Assembly (NCBI GenBank): GCA_044867815.1
Contig: JBIOVP010000064.1
Location: 549-64,548 of the forward strand
DNA from: Solirubrobacterales bacterium
Lineage (GTDB): Bacteria > Actinomycetota > Thermoleophilia > Solirubrobacterales > 70-9
Length of the DNA stretch: 64,000 nt
Direction: 5' to 3'
Position numbers and translations under genes: made by a program. The notes under the pieces were generated by a model, which saw only the letters and a list, made by a program, of their open reading frames with translations, ran no database searches and was not told the origin of the DNA. Within the stretch, counting starts at the first letter, position 1; every line of letters starts with the position of its first letter. Positions 61,134-64,000 of this stretch are shown piece after piece.

Positions 61134-61907
61134 ATGAAGAAGAACCTGCTCCAAGCCACCCCCATCGCGCTCGCCGTGGCGCTGGTCTTCGCGACCGGCG
61201 CCACCGGCGAGCGCAAAATCGAGTGCGCCGGCAACATCTGCGTCAGCGACGACGGCGGCATCTCCCCGACCAGGCTGCCTCGGCACGGCAAAGCCCCGAT
61301 CACGGCGCGCCTGCTCGCCGCAATTGAGAGCCGCGACGGCAGCCATCCCCCGGCGCTGCGGTCCGTTCGGATCGATGTTGACAGGACGATCGCCGTCGAC
61401 GCCGTCGGCCTCCCGACCTGCCGCAAGGCCCAGCTCGAAGCGAGCAGCTCGGCGACCGCCCGCCGCGCCTGCGCCGATGCGATCGTCGGCTCGGGCGAGG
61501 CCGAAGTCGAGGTCGCCTTCCCCGAACAGGCGCCGTTCCGCTCGACCGGCCCCCTGATCCTCTTCAACGCCGGTGTCCGCGGCACCACCACCACCGTTCT
61601 CCTCCATGCCTACGTCAACGTCCCGGCGCCGACCGCGATCATCACCAAGGCGACGATCACCCGCATCCACCAGGGGCCCTACGGCCTGCGCATCGAGGCC
61701 CGCGTCCCCCGGATCGCCGGCGGCTCCGGCTCGGTCACCCGCTTCGAGCTGAAGGTCGGCCGTCGTTACACCTACAAGGGCCACAGGAAGAGCTTCCTCG
61801 AAGCCGGCTGCCCGACCGGCACCTGGCGGGTCAAAGGCCACCCCGAGTTCGCCGACGGCACCGAGCTCGGTGTCAGTCACCTGTTCTCCTGCACGCCCGC
61901 CGACTAG
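61134..61907 (+). CDS. C3: 257-aa secreted C-family protein
   Basis: Start at MKKNLLQATPIALAVALVFATGATG. Contains CRKAQL..ARRACADAIVGSG..FPEQAPFRS..LLHAYV. The stop TAG lies inside the first CTAG of repeat copy B. Confidence 0.8.
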   Translation: MKKNLLQATPIALAVALVFATGATGERKIECAGNICVSDDGGISPTRLPRHGKAPITARLLAAIESRDGSHPPALRSVRIDVDRTIAVDAVGLPTCRKAQLEASSSATARRACADAIVGSGEAEVEVAFPEQAPFRSTGPLILFNAGVRGTTTTVLLHAYVNVPAPTAIITKATITRIHQGPYGLRIEARVPRIAGGSGSVTRFELKVGRRYTYKGHRKSFLEAGCPTGTWRVKGHPEFADGTELGVSHLFSCTPAD

Positions 61908-61953
61908 GAGGATTGGCGAAACCCGCGCGCATGCTGGTTTCGCCAATCCTTCC
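61904..61953. repeat. CTAG-bounded MITE-like repeat, copy B (minimal, inverted repeats only)
   Basis: CTAGGAGGATTGGCGAAACC-N12-GGTTTCGCCAATCCTTCC, a perfect 14-bp inverted repeat. The left end is nearly identical to that of copy C. Confidence 0.5.
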
Positions 61954-61971
61954 CGGGCCAGCGGCAGCTGA

Positions 61972-62232
61972 TCAGTCGCGGATCCGGTCCGCCAGGCTCG
62001 CCAGCTCGCCGACTTCCGTCCCCAGCGCGTCGGCCAGCCGCAGCAGCGTCGTGTAGCTGGGATTGCGGACGCCGCGCTCGATGCCGCCGACCTGGGTGAG
62101 GTCGGTGCCGGCCGCTTCGGCCAGTTCCTCCTGACTCATCTCCGCTTCGGCGCGCAGCTGGCGCACAGCCTCGCCGAGGGCAGCGTGCTCAGGGGAGCGG
62201 GGTTTGCTGCGGCGCGGGGGTGGCATCGCCAC
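61972..62232 (-). CDS. XRE-family HTH transcriptional regulator
   Basis: Contains LGEAVRQLRAEAEMSQEELAEAAGTDLTQVGGIERGVRNPSYTTLLRLADALG. Confidence 0.85.
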   Translation of the reverse strand: MAMPPPRRSKPRSPEHAALGEAVRQLRAEAEMSQEELAEAAGTDLTQVGGIERGVRNPSYTTLLRLADALGTEVGELASLADRIRD

Positions 62233-62331
62233 CCGGAGCCTCTCTATTAAAAGACTCCAGTGTTAGGGTATTTATGCCATAACATCCAAAGCGCAGGAGA
62301 CGGGCTGAGCAGTTGGCCCTCCTGCATCGCT

Positions 62332-62637
62332 ATGCCGCCCTCGTCTTCAGAGCTGATCAGCGCCGTCGGCCACCCCCTACGCCGGCGGATCCTCGGCGCC
62401 TATCTCGACGGCGAGCTGGAGTGCGCATCGGCGCGGGATCTGGCGGAGGCGCTGGACCAGCGGGTCGGGCGGGTCGCCTATCACCTGAAGACGCTGGCGA
62501 AGAGCGAGATCCTGCGGCCGGTCCGGCGCCGCGAGGGCCATGCGGCGGAGGAGGCCCACTGCTGGGCGCTCGCCGTCGAGGCGGTCTGGCTGCGCCTGCT
62601 GCTCGAGGTCTGGGTCGAGGTGGACCCGGCCAACTAG
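62332..62637 (+). CDS. ArsR-like winged-helix protein
   Basis: Start at MPPSSSELISAVGHPLRRRILGAYL..ASARDLAEALDQRVGRVAYHLKTLAKSEIL. The stop TAG lies inside the left CTAG of repeat copy C. Confidence 0.65.
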   Translation: MPPSSSELISAVGHPLRRRILGAYLDGELECASARDLAEALDQRVGRVAYHLKTLAKSEILRPVRRREGHAAEEAHCWALAVEAVWLRLLLEVWVEVDPAN

Positions 62638-62803
62638 GAGGGATTGGCGAAACCCCCGCGCACATCTGGTGGCGCCGGACACACTTCGCGGGGCGTCGTC
62701 CTCAGTCGGCCAAATGGCGCTGCCATTCGGCCTCCTTGCGTCCTATCCCCGCTCGGTCCGGCACTCGCCAGCCGCACACGCGGGTGTCGCCAATCCCTCC
62801 TAG
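62634..62803. repeat. CTAG-bounded MITE-like repeat, copy C (170 bp, ~30-bp imperfect terminal inverted repeats)
   Basis: Left end CTAGGAGGGATTGGCGAAACCCCCGCGCACA; right end ACACGCGGGTGTCGCCAATCCCTCCTAG. The two terminal CTAGs supply the stop codons of the convergent flanking genes. Confidence 0.55.
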
Positions 62804-63402
62804 GGGACCAGGTGGAACGGGGCGCGCAGGCGCGAGCGCAGTTCCTCGGCTGCCGCGTTTGACCCGGTGCCGGGCTCGGCGACGAGGAAGACCTCGGTCG
62901 CCGGGTACTCGCGCAGCTGGTCGGTGACCGTCTGGACCACGTCCTCGTCGCCGACGCGGGCGGTGGCGGCGACCCCCGCGCGGGCCAGCGAGGCGAGGCT
63001 GAGGACGAGGCTGCGCTGCGCCCGTTCGTGGCCGGGACGGGTGTCGGAGGCCCAGCGGTCGAGGAAGCGGTTGCGGGTCGGGGCGATGACCAGGACCTCC
63101 GGCTCCGGCTCGTCGCGGTCGCGCGGCCTGGAGGCGGCGGCGATGCGTTCGATCGCGGCGCCGTCCTCGAGCGGCTGCTCGACGACGACCAGCAGGTGCT
63201 CGCGCAGGTCCGGCGCCGGTGCCGGGACGATCGGCCGCAGCGGCGGCTTGCGCGCGGCCATGACGATGATCGCGGCGGCGGCGAGGGCGCCGACCGCCAT
63301 CCCCAGGCCCGGCCCGCCGAGGTAGAAGCCGGCGACGATCGAGCCGGCGATCCCCAGCACGATCAAGGGGAGCTTCCATGCCGCTATGCCCTGATCGTCC
63401 AT
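62800..63402 (-). CDS. Membrane protein of unknown function (2 N-terminal TM helices plus soluble domain)
   Basis: 200 aa. Contains WKLPLIVLGIAGSIVAGFYLGGPGLGMAVGALAAAAIIVMA followed by a soluble alpha/beta-looking domain. Confidence 0.6.
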   Translation of the reverse strand: MDDQGIAAWKLPLIVLGIAGSIVAGFYLGGPGLGMAVGALAAAAIIVMAARKPPLRPIVPAPAPDLREHLLVVVEQPLEDGAAIERIAAASRPRDRDEPEPEVLVIAPTRNRFLDRWASDTRPGHERAQRSLVLSLASLARAGVAATARVGDEDVVQTVTDQLREYPATEVFLVAEPGTGSNAAAEELRSRLRAPFHLVP

Positions 63403-63432
63403 ACCTCGAATTTAAAGGCTCGGCGGCGCCAG

Positions 63433-63651
63433 TCAATCCTCCTGGCGGCTGACGAGGTCGCGGAGGCTGCGGAAGTCCTCGGCGCAGGCGGGGCAGCCGT
63501 CGAGGTGGGCGCGCATCCCGGGCACCCGCTCGTCGGCCCGCTCGCCGGCGACGACCAGCTCGACGTAGCGGTCGAGCTCCTCGAAGCACTGCTCGCAGGT
63601 CAGCTCGGGGGCGGCGGGGCCGAGGACCCGGCCGAGGACGTCCCGCTTCAT
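63433..63651 (-). CDS. Small zf-HC2-type anti-sigma factor
   Basis: 72 aa with CEQC...H..C.AC (ELTCEQCFEEL..MRAHLDGCPACAEDF). ATGA-type overlap with the sigma gene stop. Confidence 0.7.
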   Translation of the reverse strand: MKRDVLGRVLGPAAPELTCEQCFEELDRYVELVVAGERADERVPGMRAHLDGCPACAEDFRSLRDLVSRQED

Positions 63652-64000
63652 CGCTCCTCCTCTCCGCCGCCGACCGCGAAGCCGCGCGCGGCGAGGGCTC
63701 CCCGCAGCTTGCGGCGGGCGTCGTGCAGGTTCTTGTAGAGGGCGCCGCGGGTGCTGCCGAGGCGCTCGGCGAGGACGTCGATCGGGACGTCGTTGAGGGC
63801 GACGGCGACGAGCACCTCGCGCTGGCGCGGCCCGAGGCTGCGCTCGATCTCCTCGCGCAGGGCGGCGAAGAGCTCGGCGTCCTCGGCGCGGCGGCCGGCA
63901 CCGGTCCCGGCGTCGGCGAGCGTCCGCCAGGCCTCGTCCTCGAGCGGGACCTCGCGTCCCTGCCAGGCGCGGCGCCGCACCTTCACCGCCGCCTCGAGCA
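63648..64000 (-). CDS. ECF sigma-70 factor (partial, N-terminus beyond the right edge)
   Basis: Region 4 is LGPRQREVLVAVALNDVPIDVLAERLGSTRGALYKNLHDARRKLR. The frame stays open to position 64000. Confidence 0.8.
   Translation of the reverse strand, partial: LEAAVKVRRRAWQGREVPLEDEAWRTLADAGTGAGRRAEDAELFAALREEIERSLGPRQREVLVAVALNDVPIDVLAERLGSTRGALYKNLHDARRKLRGALAARGFAVGGGEEER

Noticed and set aside
62644-62927. ORFs 62644..62862 and 62313..62927 lying inside or over the MITE-like repeat
   Set aside because: They fall within inverted-repeat DNA or in alternative frames of real genes, and their translations are Arg/Gly/Pro-rich.
1-64000. CRISPR arrays, rRNA genes, prophage structural genes, reverse transcriptase/DGR or retron signatures
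   Set aside because: No regularly spaced direct repeats, rRNA-like conserved stretches, or RT (YxDD) or phage hallmark motifs appear in any of the listed translations.

Overview
This is a very GC-rich bacterial chromosome segment with actinobacterial-type gene content. My guess is a Thermoleophilia/Solirubrobacterales-like organism, which I cannot verify here. All functional calls come from motif recognition by eye; no database search was possible.

Layout:
(i) 1-14.3 kb is a housekeeping block: UDG, Ser/Thr kinase plus FHA protein, LLM oxidoreductase, RNA m5U methyltransferase, a Lys-rich histone-like protein, EEP nuclease, argF, lgt, prmC, lysS and an SDR.
(ii) At 14.3 kb sits a tRNA-Glu-like gene with an abnormal hairpin insertion in its D-loop. 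It is followed to about 19.7 kb by a lower-GC patchwork of orphan and decayed genes with no integrase.
(iii) An ECF sigma/anti-sigma-like pair is followed by a swarm of paralogous TetR-like regulators at 22.8-27.6 kb, with further copies at 19.8, 34.5 and 46.0 kb.
(iv) The dominant feature is three iterations of a translationally coupled cassette of large Sec-secreted proteins of unknown function, at 27.9-34.6, 36.8-40.5 and 48.4-54.7 kb, with accessory secreted proteins. A has FN3-like repeats, a beta-propeller and a CxxxxC/basic tail. B is a Cys-rich protein of about 0.9-1.07 k aa. C is a secreted protein of about 250 aa.
(v) An accessory islet lies between the cassettes: a TIGR04255-like protein, an HTH protein, a frame-disrupted gene, Fic and a membrane-protein paralog.
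(vi) The right end carries PadR, PucR, XRE and ArsR-like regulators, CTAG-bounded MITE-like repeats and an ECF sigma/anti-sigma pair.

No rRNA, CRISPR, integrase or transposase gene was seen.
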